DNA of 56,103 bases from Acidimicrobiia bacterium (GCA_029287195.1 JARFRN010000149.1:1-56103), one strand, 5' to 3'. Shown: positions 1 to 11,700, counted from the first letter of the stretch. Program-made: numbers and translations. The notes: generated by a model from the letters alone, not told the origin.

Positions 1-1397
1 CCAATCGGAAGTCCGGCCGCGGTCCAATGAGTCGGAACCGACATGGCCGGCACGCCACTGAAGTTCGCCACGGGTGTGAATGCGACGTAGTCGAAGAGCT
101 GTTCGACGATTTCGTCCCATTTCGCTTCTTGATCGATCTGACCGAGCCGGAACGGAGGCCGGCCTAGAACGGGGGTGAGCAACACATCGTATTCGTTGAG
201 GAACTGGGCGAATTGGTGTGACACCTGCTGGAGCTGGACCTTGGCCGCCTCCAGCCCGGCTGCGGTGCGGCGCCGTGAGTGGTCGGCCAGCTCCCAGGTG
301 AACGGTTCAAACGCGTCCATGCCCGACTTCCGCTTGTCGAGCCGGGCAATCAGCCTCATGGTGCGCCAGTCACCGAGTGTGCGCCGAAGCATTCTGGCGG
401 ACCGCCGCTGCGAAGCCTCTGCAAGGATGAGCGTGAAGATTTGCTCGGCAAGCGATTCCCACACTGCAAGGAAGGCTTCTGCGAGTGACTGCCCGTCTGC
501 CTCGGGGAGAGCTTCAACAACTTCGTGCCCCGCTTCCTCCATGACTTTGGCAGCCGATTCGACCGCAGCGGCGCAGTCGGGGTCGACCCGTCGCCCCCGG
601 AAGTCCCGTGTGGAAAACGCGACACGCTGCGGCGCCGGGTCGGTTTCGACCGCCGACCGGAAAGAACGCTGGGGCGGTGAAACATGGTAGGCCCCGCCGG
701 GTACCTCTCCGTGTGTCAGGTCGAGCAGCGCCGCGCTGTCGCGCACCGAGCGGCTGACCGCAAGATCGGTCGAGACGTAGTCGGCTGCCGAGGCCGGGTA
801 GCGGGGCATGCGCCCCCGGCTCGGCTTGAGCCCGAACACGCCGCAGATCGATGCCGGAATGCGAATCGATCCCCCACCGTCGCTGGCATGTGCCATCGGG
901 ACGATGCCCGCGGCAACTGCGGCCGCCGCTCCCCCGCTCGAACCTCCCGTCGAGTGCTCGACGCTCCACGGGTTCTTGGTAGGGCCGTGGAGTACGGGCT
1001 CGGTCGTCGGCAGCAATCCGAATTCGGGCGAATTGGTACGCCCAATCGGAATGAACCCCGCCGCAAGGACACGCCGGATGTACTCATCTGTTACATCCGG
1101 CCTGAAGTCACGGAAGAACACCGAACCAAACGTGGCGACCTCACCCTCCACCAGTGCCAGATCCTTGATGAGAATCGGCACGCCACGGAACGGACCGGAA
1201 ACTCCCCCGTCGGCGGCCAGCCGCCGAGCCGAGTCATAGTGCTTTGCTATGACTGCATTGAGCTCGGGATTCAGCCGCTCCACTCGGTCGATGGCGGCTT
1301 CGACCAGCTCGGTCGGCGAGACCTCGCCTCGCGCAACGAGTTCGGCAAGGCCGACGGCATCATGGTCGGTGTATTCGGCAAATCCCGGTTTGGTCAT
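1..1397 (-). CDS. Amidase signature family protein (3' end runs off the window)
   Basis: Not in the ORF track because it has no stop in the window. Manual translation from ATG 1397 gives [28 protein letters not shown]..., the amidase signature [23 protein letters not shown]...[13 protein letters not shown], and C-terminal [16 protein letters not shown]...GLPIG. Confidence 0.93.
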   Translation of the reverse strand, partial: MTKPGFAEYTDHDAVGLAELVARGEVSPTELVEAAIDRVERLNPELNAVIAKHYDSARRLAADGGVSGPFRGVPILIKDLALVEGEVATFGSVFFRDFRPDVTDEYIRRVLAAGFIPIGRTNSPEFGLLPTTEPVLHGPTKNPWSVEHSTGGSSGGAAAAVAAGIVPMAHASDGGGSIRIPASICGVFGLKPSRGRMPRYPASAADYVSTDLAVSRSVRDSAALLDLTHGEVPGGAYHVSPPQRSFRSAVETDPAPQRVAFSTRDFRGRRVDPDCAAAVESAAKVMEEAGHEVVEALPEADGQSLAEAFLAVWESLAEQIFTLILAEASQRRSARMLRRTLGDWRTMRLIARLDKRKSGMDAFEPFTWELADHSRRRTAAGLEAAKVQLQQVSHQFAQFLNEYDVLLTPVLGRPPFRLGQIDQEAKWDEIVEQLFDYVAFTPVANFSGVPAMSVPTHWTAAGLPI

Positions 1398-1403
1398 CCG
1401 CTG

Positions 1404-2978
1404 CTACATCGTCGGTCCGGCGGTGGCGATCTCGTCACCTGCCTGGTCGGCGAACTCTTCGAAATTCTTCCGGAACCGACCGGCGAGCTCGGTCGCCTTG
1501 GCGTCATAGGCCGCGGGGTCGCCCCAGGTGCCCCGCGGGGCGAGCAACTCCGTCGGAATCCCCGGACACTCGGTGGGGATCGCAAGGCCGAACACCGGGT
1601 CGGTGGCGTATTCGACGTCGTCGAGATCGCCGTTGATGGCTGCCCGAATCACCGCCCGAGAGTGAGCGATCTTGAACCGCTCCCCAACACCGTAGGGTCC
1701 ACCGGTCCATCCTGTGTTGACGAGCCATACCTTGGAGCCGTGCTTTGCGATCTTCTCACCAAGCAGATCGGCATAGACGGTTGGATGTAATGGCATGAAG
1801 GGAGCCCCAAAACACGCAGAGAACGTAGCTTGCGGCTCCTTGACCCCGCGCTCCGTACCGGCAACCTTGGCCGTGTAGCCCGAGATGAAGTGGTACTTGG
1901 CCTGCTCAGGAGTCAGCCGCGAAATCGGAGGCAACACTCCAAAAGCATCTGCCGTGAGCATGAAGATGTGGTTGGGATGACCCGCCATGGAACCTTCGGC
2001 AATGTTGTCGATATGGGTGATTGGATAGGCCCCGCGAGTGTTCTCGGTCCCGGCCTCGACCAGGTTGAGGCGACGGGTGTCAGGATCGATGGTTACGTTC
2101 TCGAGGACGGTTCCGAACCGGCGTGTCGTCTGGTAAATCTCCGGCTCGGCCTCATCCGAGAGGCGGATCATCTTGGCGTAGCAACCACCCTCGTAGTTGA
2201 AGATGCCGGTGTCGCTCCAACCGAGCTCGTCATCTCCAATCAGTGCACGACCGGCCTCGGTCGACAGGGTCGTCTTGCCGGTCCCCGATAGGCCAAAGAA
2301 GACGGCGGAGTCGCCTTCCTCGCCGACGTTGGCGGACGAGTGCAAGCTGAGTACGCCTTGCAGTGGCATCAGGTAGTTCATCACAGTGAAAATCGACTTC
2401 TTGATTTCCCCGGCGTAGCTGGTGCCGCCGATCACGACCAATTTCTTGTCGAGGTTGAGCAGGATGAAGGCCTCACTTGCGGTGTGCTCATCTTCCGGAT
2501 CGGCCTGGAAATCCGGGCAATGGATGACCGTGTAGTCCGGCTGGAAGCTATCCAGAACCTCGCTATCGAACTCGCGGATAAACATGGTGCGGGCGAACAG
2601 GCTGTGCCAGGCATGCTCGCTGATGACCCGTACCTTGATGCGGTAGTTCGGGTCGGCGCCGGCATAAGCGTCCTGGATGAATATGTCCTTGTTCTGCAGG
2701 TACGAGCGCAATCCATAGAGCACCTTGTCGAAATCGACCGGCTCAAACGGCTTGTTGATCTTGCCCCACCAGATCTGTGCCTCGGTGCCGGGTTCTCTGA
2801 CTACGAATTTGTCGTTGGCGGAACGACCGGTGTACTTGCCGGTGCTGACTACTAGCGGTCCGAGATGCCCGACCATCGCTTCTTCGCGCCGGATCGCCTC
2901 CTCGTATAGCTCGGGGGTCGAAAGATTGTGATAGACCTTGCCGACATTCCTTAGATCGAGGCTGTTGATTTGCAGCAT
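1404..2978 (-). CDS. pckA: Phosphoenolpyruvate carboxykinase (ATP)
   Basis: TGRSANDKF, GTSYAGEIKKSIF, P-loop FFGLSGTGKTTLS, LIGDDE, EGGCYAK, ENTRGAYP, LTADAFGVLPP, FSACFGAPF and VNTGWTGG motifs. Confidence 0.97.
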   Translation of the reverse strand: MLQINSLDLRNVGKVYHNLSTPELYEEAIRREEAMVGHLGPLVVSTGKYTGRSANDKFVVREPGTEAQIWWGKINKPFEPVDFDKVLYGLRSYLQNKDIFIQDAYAGADPNYRIKVRVISEHAWHSLFARTMFIREFDSEVLDSFQPDYTVIHCPDFQADPEDEHTASEAFILLNLDKKLVVIGGTSYAGEIKKSIFTVMNYLMPLQGVLSLHSSANVGEEGDSAVFFGLSGTGKTTLSTEAGRALIGDDELGWSDTGIFNYEGGCYAKMIRLSDEAEPEIYQTTRRFGTVLENVTIDPDTRRLNLVEAGTENTRGAYPITHIDNIAEGSMAGHPNHIFMLTADAFGVLPPISRLTPEQAKYHFISGYTAKVAGTERGVKEPQATFSACFGAPFMPLHPTVYADLLGEKIAKHGSKVWLVNTGWTGGPYGVGERFKIAHSRAVIRAAINGDLDDVEYATDPVFGLAIPTECPGIPTELLAPRGTWGDPAAYDAKATELAGRFRKNFEEFADQAGDEIATAGPTM

Positions 2979-3446
2979 TTCCCACTCCCGGGTTTGGCGT
3001 GCGCCGTTGCCTCGAAACTAGCGCATTTGGAGGAGGGCAAAACCCTCCGATTCACCGAACCGCATGTACGCAGCGGAGCGCCTGCGGCTTTCCCGGGAAA
3101 TCGAAGCCGGTTTCAACCGGAGGTCGAGGTCGAGCATCGGATCTGTGATCGTCAAATCGAAGAAAATCGGCTCCCAGGGCGCGCTACAAGGCTTCGTCGG
3201 CGACCACCTCTCAATGTACTTCGTCACGAACGCGGCGATCGGCGATTAGCGAATTGAGCCGAGCACGGCGGGGTCGACCCGGCCGCCGAAGATGTCTGTG
3301 GGACCACCGGCCGGGACAGAATTGCATCCAATCAGAATCACGAATTCACCGTCCTCCCCCGGCTCTCGTGTCATCCACCCTCGGATGCGCCTTTGGATTG
3401 CCTCTCGCAACTGACCCATTAGTGACCGGGCATCCGGACAATTGCC

Positions 3447-3452
3447 TAGTCT
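3447..3452 (+). promoter_or_regulatory. Putative -10 box (TAGTCT) of a leaderless treS transcript
   Basis: TANNNT hexamer 6 nt before ATG 3459, with no Shine-Dalgarno sequence. Confidence 0.5.
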
Positions 3453-3458
3453 TCGCTC

Positions 3459-6400
3459 ATGCCGGCCAACGACATTCACCGACCGCCGCAGTGGTACCGC
3501 GACGCCATCCTCTACGAGGTCCACGTCCGCGCCTTCGCCGACTCCAACGGTGACGGCATCGGCGACTTCCCGGGCTTGACCGGCCGGCTCGACTACTTGC
3601 AGCAGCTCGGGGTCACGGCCATCTGGCTGCTGCCGTTCTATCCGTCGCCGCTACGCGACGACGGATACGACATCGCCGACTACTTCGACGTTCATCCCAG
3701 CTACGGCACAATCGAAGATTTCAAAGAGTTCCTGGCGGAGGCACATGCTCGCGACATGCATGTCATCACGGAGCTGGTGATCAACCACACCTCGGACCAG
3801 CATCCCTGGTTTCAGCGGGCTCGGCGCGCCGCTCCCGGCACACCGGAGCGCGACTTCTACGTATGGAGCGACACCGACGAGCGCTATCCCGAGGTGCGCA
3901 TCATCTTCTCCGATACGGAGACATCGAATTGGGCGTGGGATGGTGAAGCCGAGGCCTACTACTGGCATCGCTTCTTCTCCCACCAGCCCGACCTGAATTG
4001 GGACAACTCGCTGGTACGCGAAAGCGTGATGGAGGTACTCGACTTCTGGCTCGATATGGGTGTCGATGGACTGCGGCTCGATGCCGTGCCCTATCTCCAC
4101 GAGCGCGAGGGGACCAACGGTGAAAATCTGCCGGAGACCCACGAAGAGCTCCAGCGGCTTCGTGCCCACATAGATGCCAAGTACGGCGATCGCATGCTGC
4201 TCGCCGAGGCCAACCAGTGGCCGGAAGACTCGGTCGCCTACTTCGGGAATGGGGACGAGTGTCATATGGCCTTCCACTTCCCGTTGATGCCCCGTCTCTA
4301 TCTAGCGCTCGAGCGGGAGAACCGTCTCCCTATCGTCGATATTCTCGAGCAGACTCCTGAGATTCCTGAGGGGGCACAGTGGGCGATTTTCCTTCGTAAC
4401 CATGACGAGCTGACCCTCGAGATGGTTTCTGAGGAGGAACGCGATCTCATGTGGCGCAGCTACGCCCCTGATCGACGCGCCCGCCTCAATCTGGGTATTC
4501 GCCGGCGTCTCGCCCCCCTCCTCGAGAACGATCGCCGCAGGATCGAGTTGCTCATCAGCCTGTTGCTATCACTGCCCGGCACACCGGTCCTCTACTACGG
4601 GGACGAGATTGGAATGGGCGACAACGTCTTTCTGGCGGACCGCGACGGAGTGCGAACACCGATGCAGTGGAGCAACGATCGCAACGCCGGCTTCTCCAAG
4701 GCAAACCCGCAATCTCTCTACCTGCCCGTTGTCGTGGACCCGCAGTATCACTTCGAGACGGTGAACGTCGAAGCGCAACACGACAATCCCAACTCGCTGC
4801 TGTGGTGGGTGCGACGTATGATCCGGCGCCGCCGCCGGCATCCGGCGCTGGGGCACGGTGACATCCGCTTCCTCGACCCCGACAATCCTCAGGTACTGAC
4901 GTACCTCCGACAGAACGAGGTCGAGACCGTGCTCGTGGTGGCAAATCTGTCTCGGCATTCCCAGTACGTTGAACTCGATTTGAGCGAGTTCGCCGGGCAA
5001 CATCTCGTCGAACTGATCGGCAACACCGAGTTTCCAGCGGTCGGCGCCCTTCCATATCTGCTGACGCTGAGCCCGTACGCCTTCTACTGGTTCACCATCC
5101 CCAGTCCCGGCAAGCTGCCGACCGACTCGACGAAGCAGCTGACCATCTCCGGTCCGATCGACGACATGTTCAGCCCCGATCAGCCACTCGCCGAAACGCT
5201 TGCCGAGTTTGCCTCGCATCAGGTTTGGTTTCAGGCACGCGGCAGGCGACGGCTGAGTGCCGAGGTATTCGACGCCATCCCCGTGGCGATCGAAGACGAG
5301 CGCCGGACCTGGATTGCGTTGCTGGACATCGAATTCGTCACCGGGGACCCGCAACGCTACGTGCTGCCGATCTCCATCCAATCGCACAACGCGCTCACCG
5401 TCCCGGACCCCGCCATCATCGCCCCGATCGAACACAACGGGGAATCCGGATACCTGGTCGATGCCTTGCACGATCCGCGTTTCAGCGATGCGCTTCGCCT
5501 GGCAGTTCAGGAGAACAGCGAGATGCTGGGGCGGATGGGCTCCCTCTACGGGCAGCCTTCGGCAGCCGAACACGACCTCAGCACGGGCGAGACGGTGCCC
5601 CTACTGCGGCAGACCTCCGACGGAGAAGCATTCGTACAATTCCGCAGCGACCTGACCTTGAAACTGTTCCGCCACATCGAGCCCGGGATCAACCCGGATC
5701 TCGAGCTACGGCGCTTCCTCACCGAGCGCACCAACTTCGAGAGACTGGCACCGGTCTACGGCTCACTCGAGTACCACTGCGGTTCCGATTTCAGTGTCGG
5801 CATAATGCAGCGCTCACTCGATCCCGAGAAAACCGCGTGGACTCTGTTCCGTCGTTTCTGCAACGAGTACCTGGACCGCACATCCGATCAGCCGGCACCT
5901 CCAGTGCGCGAAGGCATCGGCTGGGCGGCAGCGACTGAAGAATCAGCGGCGCTACCGACTACTGCCCTCGAGGAGTCCCTGGAGCGAGCCGCGTCGCTGG
6001 GCATTACAACGGCTGAGTTCCATCACGCGCTGGCAACCTTCACGGAGGAGCCGGATCTCCGGCCGGAGCCCTTCAACGCTCATTACCGCCAGTCGCTGTA
6101 TCAGTCGCTGCGTGCCGTCGAGCGTCAAGAACTACGTGCCATTCGCCGACTTGTCGGCACCGCCCCAGAGCCGATTCGGCCCTTTCTCCGCGAGATCCTC
6201 GACGGCGAACAGGCAATGCTGGACCAGATCGACCATATTCGCCGCGCCCCGATCGGGGGCCAGCGAACAAGGATCCACGGCAACTACCGACTCGATGAGC
6301 TTCGCCTCTTCGGTGACGACTTCTATGTGCTCGATCTAAGCGGAGATCACACTCGCGCTATGTCGGAGAGAAGGCTAAAGACATCCCCGTTGCGCGACAT

Positions 6401-6698
6401 CGCCCAGATGCTGCGCTCCCTCGACTACGTGTCCCTCTCTACAGCTCTCGATCACCCATCGACTACAGCCCGCGAGCAGGCCAACTACTGGTACAGATGT
6501 GTCGGGGAGCGTTTCTTTTCCGCCTACTACGAGACATTGGCCGGATCGCCGGCACTTCCCACTTCCATTGAGGACATAGACGCATTGCTTCGCTCATATG
6601 AGCTGGCGCGGGCGTTGCGCGAGGTGCATTGGGAGCTGGTGAACCGGCCCGATTGGCTCGAGGTGGCCCTGCCGGGAGTGCTGCGCTATATCCGGTGA
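3459..6698 (+). CDS. treS: Trehalose synthase (maltose alpha-D-glucosyltransferase) fused to a C-terminal maltokinase (Mak/Pep2)-like domain
   Basis: GH13 TreS motifs [57 protein letters not shown] and [11 protein letters not shown]; the C-terminal ~530 aa has Mak-type LKLFR...GINPDLE and [15 protein letters not shown]. Confidence 0.95.
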   Translation: MPANDIHRPPQWYRDAILYEVHVRAFADSNGDGIGDFPGLTGRLDYLQQLGVTAIWLLPFYPSPLRDDGYDIADYFDVHPSYGTIEDFKEFLAEAHARDMHVITELVINHTSDQHPWFQRARRAAPGTPERDFYVWSDTDERYPEVRIIFSDTETSNWAWDGEAEAYYWHRFFSHQPDLNWDNSLVRESVMEVLDFWLDMGVDGLRLDAVPYLHEREGTNGENLPETHEELQRLRAHIDAKYGDRMLLAEANQWPEDSVAYFGNGDECHMAFHFPLMPRLYLALERENRLPIVDILEQTPEIPEGAQWAIFLRNHDELTLEMVSEEERDLMWRSYAPDRRARLNLGIRRRLAPLLENDRRRIELLISLLLSLPGTPVLYYGDEIGMGDNVFLADRDGVRTPMQWSNDRNAGFSKANPQSLYLPVVVDPQYHFETVNVEAQHDNPNSLLWWVRRMIRRRRRHPALGHGDIRFLDPDNPQVLTYLRQNEVETVLVVANLSRHSQYVELDLSEFAGQHLVELIGNTEFPAVGALPYLLTLSPYAFYWFTIPSPGKLPTDSTKQLTISGPIDDMFSPDQPLAETLAEFASHQVWFQARGRRRLSAEVFDAIPVAIEDERRTWIALLDIEFVTGDPQRYVLPISIQSHNALTVPDPAIIAPIEHNGESGYLVDALHDPRFSDALRLAVQENSEMLGRMGSLYGQPSAAEHDLSTGETVPLLRQTSDGEAFVQFRSDLTLKLFRHIEPGINPDLELRRFLTERTNFERLAPVYGSLEYHCGSDFSVGIMQRSLDPEKTAWTLFRRFCNEYLDRTSDQPAPPVREGIGWAAATEESAALPTTALEESLERAASLGITTAEFHHALATFTEEPDLRPEPFNAHYRQSLYQSLRAVERQELRAIRRLVGTAPEPIRPFLREILDGEQAMLDQIDHIRRAPIGGQRTRIHGNYRLDELRLFGDDFYVLDLSGDHTRAMSERRLKTSPLRDIAQMLRSLDYVSLSTALDHPSTTAREQANYWYRCVGERFFSAYYETLAGSPALPTSIEDIDALLRSYELARALREVHWELVNRPDWLEVALPGVLRYIR

Positions 6699-6699
6699 C

Positions 6700-8064
6700 T
6701 CAAATGGCTTCCAGAATCGCCAGACAGGCGCGGGCCCATTCGAAGACATCCTCCTTGCGCACCGTCCTACGTAGCCGTTGCATACGCATCCGTGCTTCGG
6801 ACCTGTCCATATGTGCCGCTCGCCGGATGGTGGCTGTGACCGTGTCGACGTCGTACGGATTCACGATGAGCGCCGAGCGGAGCTGCTCTGCGGCGCCGGC
6901 AAACTCGCTGAGGATGAGCACGCCCGGGTCTCCGATCCTCGCAGCCACATATTCCTTCGCAACGAGATTCATACCGTCGCGCAGCGGCGTCACCAGCATC
7001 ACATCCGCGGCGACGTAATAGGCAATGAGTTCTTCGAGTTCGAGACTGCGATATAGGTAGGACACCGGCGCCCAGCCGGGCTCACCGTAATCCCCGTTGA
7101 TGCGACCGACGATTTGCTCGATCTCCGATCGCAGATCTTGATATGCCGGCACATCCTCCCTGCTGGGGACGGCCACTTGAACAAACGCATATTTGTGAGG
7201 CTCATCGGTCTCCTCGAGGAGCCCGGCGAAAGCCTTCAATCGGAGGTCGATTCCCTTGGTGTAATCAAGACGATCGACTCCGAGGATTATGTGCTCGGCG
7301 TCACCGAGTTCGTGGCGCAGCGCAGCAACCCGCTCTGTCACCTGCGGGGATCTGGCGAGCCGGCTGAAGTGGGACGTGTCGATGGCGATCGGGGCTCGCT
7401 GCAATTTGATGGTTCGGCCGCGCCACGCCAGCTCGCCACGCGACGACACCCGGGCATCACCGAACCGACGCGCCGCGTCCGCGAAGTTGCGCACGCTGGC
7501 CCTGGTCTGGAAGGCAAGAACATCAGACCCGAGCAGGGCTTCGATTATCTGCTGTCGCCACGGCAAGCGGGAAAACAGCTCGATCGGTGGGAATGGTATG
7601 TGGAGGTAGAAGCCGATGGTGGCCTCCGGCCGCATCGCCCGCAGCATGCCCGGTACCAACTGCAGCTGATAATCCTGCACCCAGGCAATGTCATCGTTGC
7701 GGAGCACCCGGGCGGCGTGATGTGCGTAACGTTGGTTCACGGCGACGTAGGGCCGCCACTGGTGACGATGGAACTCCGGAGCCACGATTGCGTCGTGGTA
7801 CAGCGGCCACAGAGTGGAGTTGCAGAATCCGTAGTAGAAACCGTCCAGTTCGGCGCTCGAGAGCGGCACCGGTATCTGTTCTATCCCGTCGTGTTCGAAC
7901 GGCTCGAGCTCCGAATCGGCGTCGCCGGACCAACCCACCCAGGAGCCGTTGACCCTCTGCAGAACAGGCTCCAGTGCTCGCACCAGACCGCCGGGGCTGG
8001 TCACCCAAAGGCCTTCTTTGCGGGCCACCGGGAGTCGGTTGGCTATGACGATGATGCGTTGCAT
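6700..8064 (-). CDS. otsA: Trehalose-6-phosphate synthase (GT20)
   Basis: ANRLPV, SPGGLV, LWPLYH, WVQDYQL, HIPFP, DRLDYTKG, AVPSR and PLRDGMNLVAKEY motifs. Confidence 0.96.
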   Translation of the reverse strand: MQRIIVIANRLPVARKEGLWVTSPGGLVRALEPVLQRVNGSWVGWSGDADSELEPFEHDGIEQIPVPLSSAELDGFYYGFCNSTLWPLYHDAIVAPEFHRHQWRPYVAVNQRYAHHAARVLRNDDIAWVQDYQLQLVPGMLRAMRPEATIGFYLHIPFPPIELFSRLPWRQQIIEALLGSDVLAFQTRASVRNFADAARRFGDARVSSRGELAWRGRTIKLQRAPIAIDTSHFSRLARSPQVTERVAALRHELGDAEHIILGVDRLDYTKGIDLRLKAFAGLLEETDEPHKYAFVQVAVPSREDVPAYQDLRSEIEQIVGRINGDYGEPGWAPVSYLYRSLELEELIAYYVAADVMLVTPLRDGMNLVAKEYVAARIGDPGVLILSEFAGAAEQLRSALIVNPYDVDTVTATIRRAAHMDRSEARMRMQRLRRTVRKEDVFEWARACLAILEAI

Positions 8065-8130
8065 CGCAACCCTCCAATGTATGGCACACTACTCAACCCC
8101 GCCAGTGAACCCCGATTCGAGGTGAGATCA

Positions 8131-8469
8131 ATGAGCAACTCAGACGCAGCCGGTATGCCCGACGGCCGCGAGGGCCTACGTCGTATGGGCTGGGTCTCGC
8201 TGCCCTACTCGTGTGTTGGCTTGGTACGGAAGACCGGGGTTGGTGACAGCAACACGGTGTGGTCGTGGCTCATTCTCATGCCGTGGTCTTCCGATGCGAA
8301 GCCATGGGTAGATGGCACCGAGGTGGTCGCTGCCTCTACTCTGAATGAGGATCAAGAGCGGGCGCAAATCTTCGAGAAGATGCGTACCCTGCTCGACGAA
8401 CGCTACGGCGAGACTGTGGGCAACAAGGTTGTGGATGATCTGATCCGCCGGCTGCAAGAGGACATCTAG
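8131..8469 (+). CDS. Hypothetical protein (112 aa)
   Basis: 3' part of ORF 7114..8469. GAGGTG RBS precedes ATG 8131; the sequence is protein-like (MSNSDAAGMPDGREG...LIRRLQEDI) and lies in otherwise free space. Confidence 0.6.
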   Translation: MSNSDAAGMPDGREGLRRMGWVSLPYSCVGLVRKTGVGDSNTVWSWLILMPWSSDAKPWVDGTEVVAASTLNEDQERAQIFEKMRTLLDERYGETVGNKVVDDLIRRLQEDI

Positions 8470-8696
8470 CCCCCAATCGCCATGCAATAGCGGGTGCCCA
8501 TGACCGCTCGGCTTCTGAACCCTGCGTATCGAACCTCGATCACGGCTCGTCTGAGCCGTGCCCGCAGCCTGTGCTCGACGAACAGCACCGCCGGCGGCGT
8601 CGGCCGTTGCGCATATCCCTCGCTGCACAGTCTGGCAACACGGGAGGGGATCGTGACAGTTCGGTAGGGCCGCACAACAGTCGAGTTGCAGCCCGG

Positions 8697-8733
8697 ACGC
8701 AGTGAAGGGCCCGAGAGGGCCCTTCCACTGCGT
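8697..8733. terminator. Strong stem-loop, probable terminator
   Basis: ACGCAGTGAAGGGCCC-GAGA-GGGCCCTT(C)CACTGCGT: 16-bp stem with a one-base bulge, 17 nt past the stop of the minus-strand nuclease gene. Confidence 0.65.
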
Positions 8734-8750
8734 TATCGACGATCTTGTGA

Positions 8751-11700
8751 CTATCGGCCGAAAACGAAACGGCCTTCTATCGGGTCATGGTCCGATGCCC
8801 TTATGGTCGTCGTCGCATCTCCGCCGACGGCGCTTGGATAGGCGGCGTTGAAGTGGAGCATGTCCACCGCCGTCACGTGTTTGAGCAGGGCGGCGTTGAC
8901 CAGCATGTGGTCGAGGACCTGACTGTTCCCATCGAACAGGAAAGTCCACCGCTCCGCTTCCTTCTCCTCGTAGATGAGGTTGGTCAGCGGATCATCACCG
9001 GCAGTGCCTTCGAGTATGGCCACCGGGTGATCCGACCCTTCACCCGGTTCACCAAACTGGAAATCGTTCAGGTCACCGGCGACCATCACCAACGCATCAG
9101 GATCAGAATCAAGCAGCGCATCGACGAAGTCGCGGACTACTTGGGCCTGGGCCTTGCGCTGAATCTCGGTGATGCGGTTGAACGACACACCGAATATCGG
9201 GTCATCTCCACCCTTCGACTTGAAGTGATTGCCCACGATGTGGACGATCTCGTCGCCGATCTGGAACTCGCCGTACAACGGCTCACGACCCGGGCTGGGG
9301 CTCGACGGCCCAAAAGCAGCTTCAACGTCGGGCCCGCTCAGCTGGAACGAGTCGAGCAGGTCTACCCGATTGTCGTCGTAGAGGAATGCGACTTCGATAC
9401 CGCGCCCGTCACTGGTCTCGTACGAGACGGCGACATAGTCGGTGCCGTTGGCCGCATTGACCCGATCACCCAACTCCTGAGCGATCGCAGTGTTCTCGAC
9501 CTCCTGCAACACCATGATCTCCGGTAGCCGCAGTTCGTGCTCGATCGACTGGGCCAGCTTGGTGAGCTGGGTCTCCAACTCCTCCGGTGTCGGAGTGCTG
9601 CCGGCGTCGTCCTTGCCCTCTCCTCTCCGGAGAACCACCGCGTCGTCACCGTTGAAGAAATTCGACACGGAGATCTGATCCGCAATTGCAAGGATCGCGG
9701 GATCGGCGCCATCGTCGGCTACCACCCACACATCTCCGGGAGCAAGCGTGCCTGTCAGGTCCACTGTTGTTCCTGGGCTGTTCGAACCATTGAAGTAGAT
9801 GTCGATGGCGTAGCTGTCAGCTGCGAGATCTACCGGAGCACCTGTTGCGTTGTAGATCTCCACGGCCTTGTTGAACGAGCTGCCCTCGATGTACTCCGAG
9901 ATGAACAGGCCGGAACCCGTCGTGCACGTCGTCGTGTGTGTTCCCAGGTCAGTGAAGTTGTTGTTGCCGGTACCGGTCCACTCGAGGCTGGGATCGAAAG
10001 GACCGGTGTCGGTGCGACCAGCACACACATCCGGATTCCGGATCAGAGTGTTGTTTTGGGTGTTCGGCGGACCCCAATAAGAGCCAGGATCAAACCCCAC
10101 CTCTCCAAAGATGTCCACTGCGCCCGTGTTGAGAACCAGGTCGAACAGGTTCTCCACGTTGTATGTCGTGATTGCAGTGTCTCCATTAGGGCCGGATCGC
10201 GTCGATACCGGCACATTGGGTAGCTTCTTGGCATCGAGCTTGCGGAAACTCGCCGGCTGCAATTTGTACATGCCGAATGTGTAGTCGACGACACCAACGA
10301 ATCCCATCACCGTGTCACCGGGACGCACCTGGATTGCTTCGTCCAGGCTCGAGTCGTCGACCACGATCCGCTCCGGGTTGTAGTCGACGCGGTTCTCACC
10401 GATGCTACGGAGCAAGATCTGCTTAGTGCTGGGCTCATACCCCGAGCCCGGCACGGCGTCGGTTCTGGTCAGCATGGCAAACTCGCCAAAGCGTGACGTG
10501 GGGGCAACAACCCTGCCGTCGCGCACGGATACGAGCATGCCCTCGAGCGCCTCCCAGAATGCCTCGCCTTCGGCGATGGAAACGTCGGGGAGATCCTCGA
10601 GTGCCACCGGCTCAGGCAGGTCGTAGCCTGATGCCAGGATCTCGATGTACTCGACGGAGACCAACCTGGTCAGCGGGAGAGCGTTACCGAACTGCTGCTC
10701 TTCCACGGAGGCAAAGACGCGGATCAAGTCCCCCAGTTCCGGGACCTCACCCGTTGCCGGGAAGCCACACCCGGAAACGAATATGCCGTCACTCGTCGCC
10801 GGGTCATCGTCGCCAACTGGATCCTGGATCCAGCAATTGGCCCCATTGGCGGTAAACAGGGTCACTACCCCCGTTGTGTCCACGCGCTGACCGTCGAGCG
10901 GTGAGAAACGGCCGGTGCCCTGGATCTCCATGATCGTTGCGGGATTGGGGGGCGGCAGCACGATCTCAGCGATCTCCCACGTGACTGAGAGATTCTCTGA
11001 CGTTTCATCGTCCGCGGTAATGCCATTGCCGCCGGTCGACGTCTCGAGGCCCTCGTTGGCGTCCGAACGCTGGAACGAATCGCCAACACTATGGCCCCCG
11101 GTCGCAACCACGTCCTGGTTCGCAATCGAAGTGTCGGGAGCGTAGGTAGACGGCGTCGAATCACCGTCCGGCCCATCAATCGATACACCCGTCTTGTCTA
11201 CTGCCTCGGCCTTGTCCCCCCACAGCACGTAATCGATGTCCTGGACCAGATCCGCCGCACCGTCCCATTTGTAGAGAATCACAACCTCGCCGTCGTTGGT
11301 TAGACCCCCCTGACCGTTGATGGACCCGGGCAGGGCTTCCCTCATGTCGGGTACGGCATCGGGCGCCGCGTCATCTTCGTAGAGTTCGTAGGTGGGGAGC
11401 GCACCGTAGGTTGCGAGGAAGTCGGTCGAACCCGCCAGCGCAAGGGTCTGGTATTCCCCAGCCCCAATCGACGCTCCGGATGGGAATCTGGCGTGGAAGT
11501 CGCCAAAACTGCCACCGCCGGCGTTCGAGCCGGTCACGATGTTGTAGTAGAAGGTCCCGCCGGGGGCGAACGTGGCGTCGGTTACGTAGTAGTCGGAGAG
11601 ATCTATGGCCCCACCAGTCGGGTTGTGGATCTCGATGAACTCACCGGCCGTCGGGGTCACGACGATCTCGCTCACGAGCAGATGGTCTCCTCCGGTTGCC

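Noticed and set aside
684-1790. Long antisense ORFs (e.g. 684..1790+, 4569..5573-, 18435..19670+, 24300..25271-, 25726..26889-, 34659..35705-, 52530..53462-)
   Set aside because: They are shadows of well-supported genes on the opposite strand, expected with GC-rich codon usage, and have no recognisable motifs.
2215-2350. pckA substitutions (DDELGW for DDEHGW; HSSAN for HCSAN)
   Set aside because: Metal-binding and P-loop residues are intact; not enough evidence for altered function.
3030-3110. Possible c-di-GMP riboswitch suggested by GGGCAAAACCC
   Set aside because: The remaining GEMM elements (GNRA-capped P2 and GCAAAG-P3) are not present in the right arrangement.
7114-8130. 451-aa ORF antisense to otsA
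   Set aside because: Only the last 112 codons lie in free space and have an RBS.
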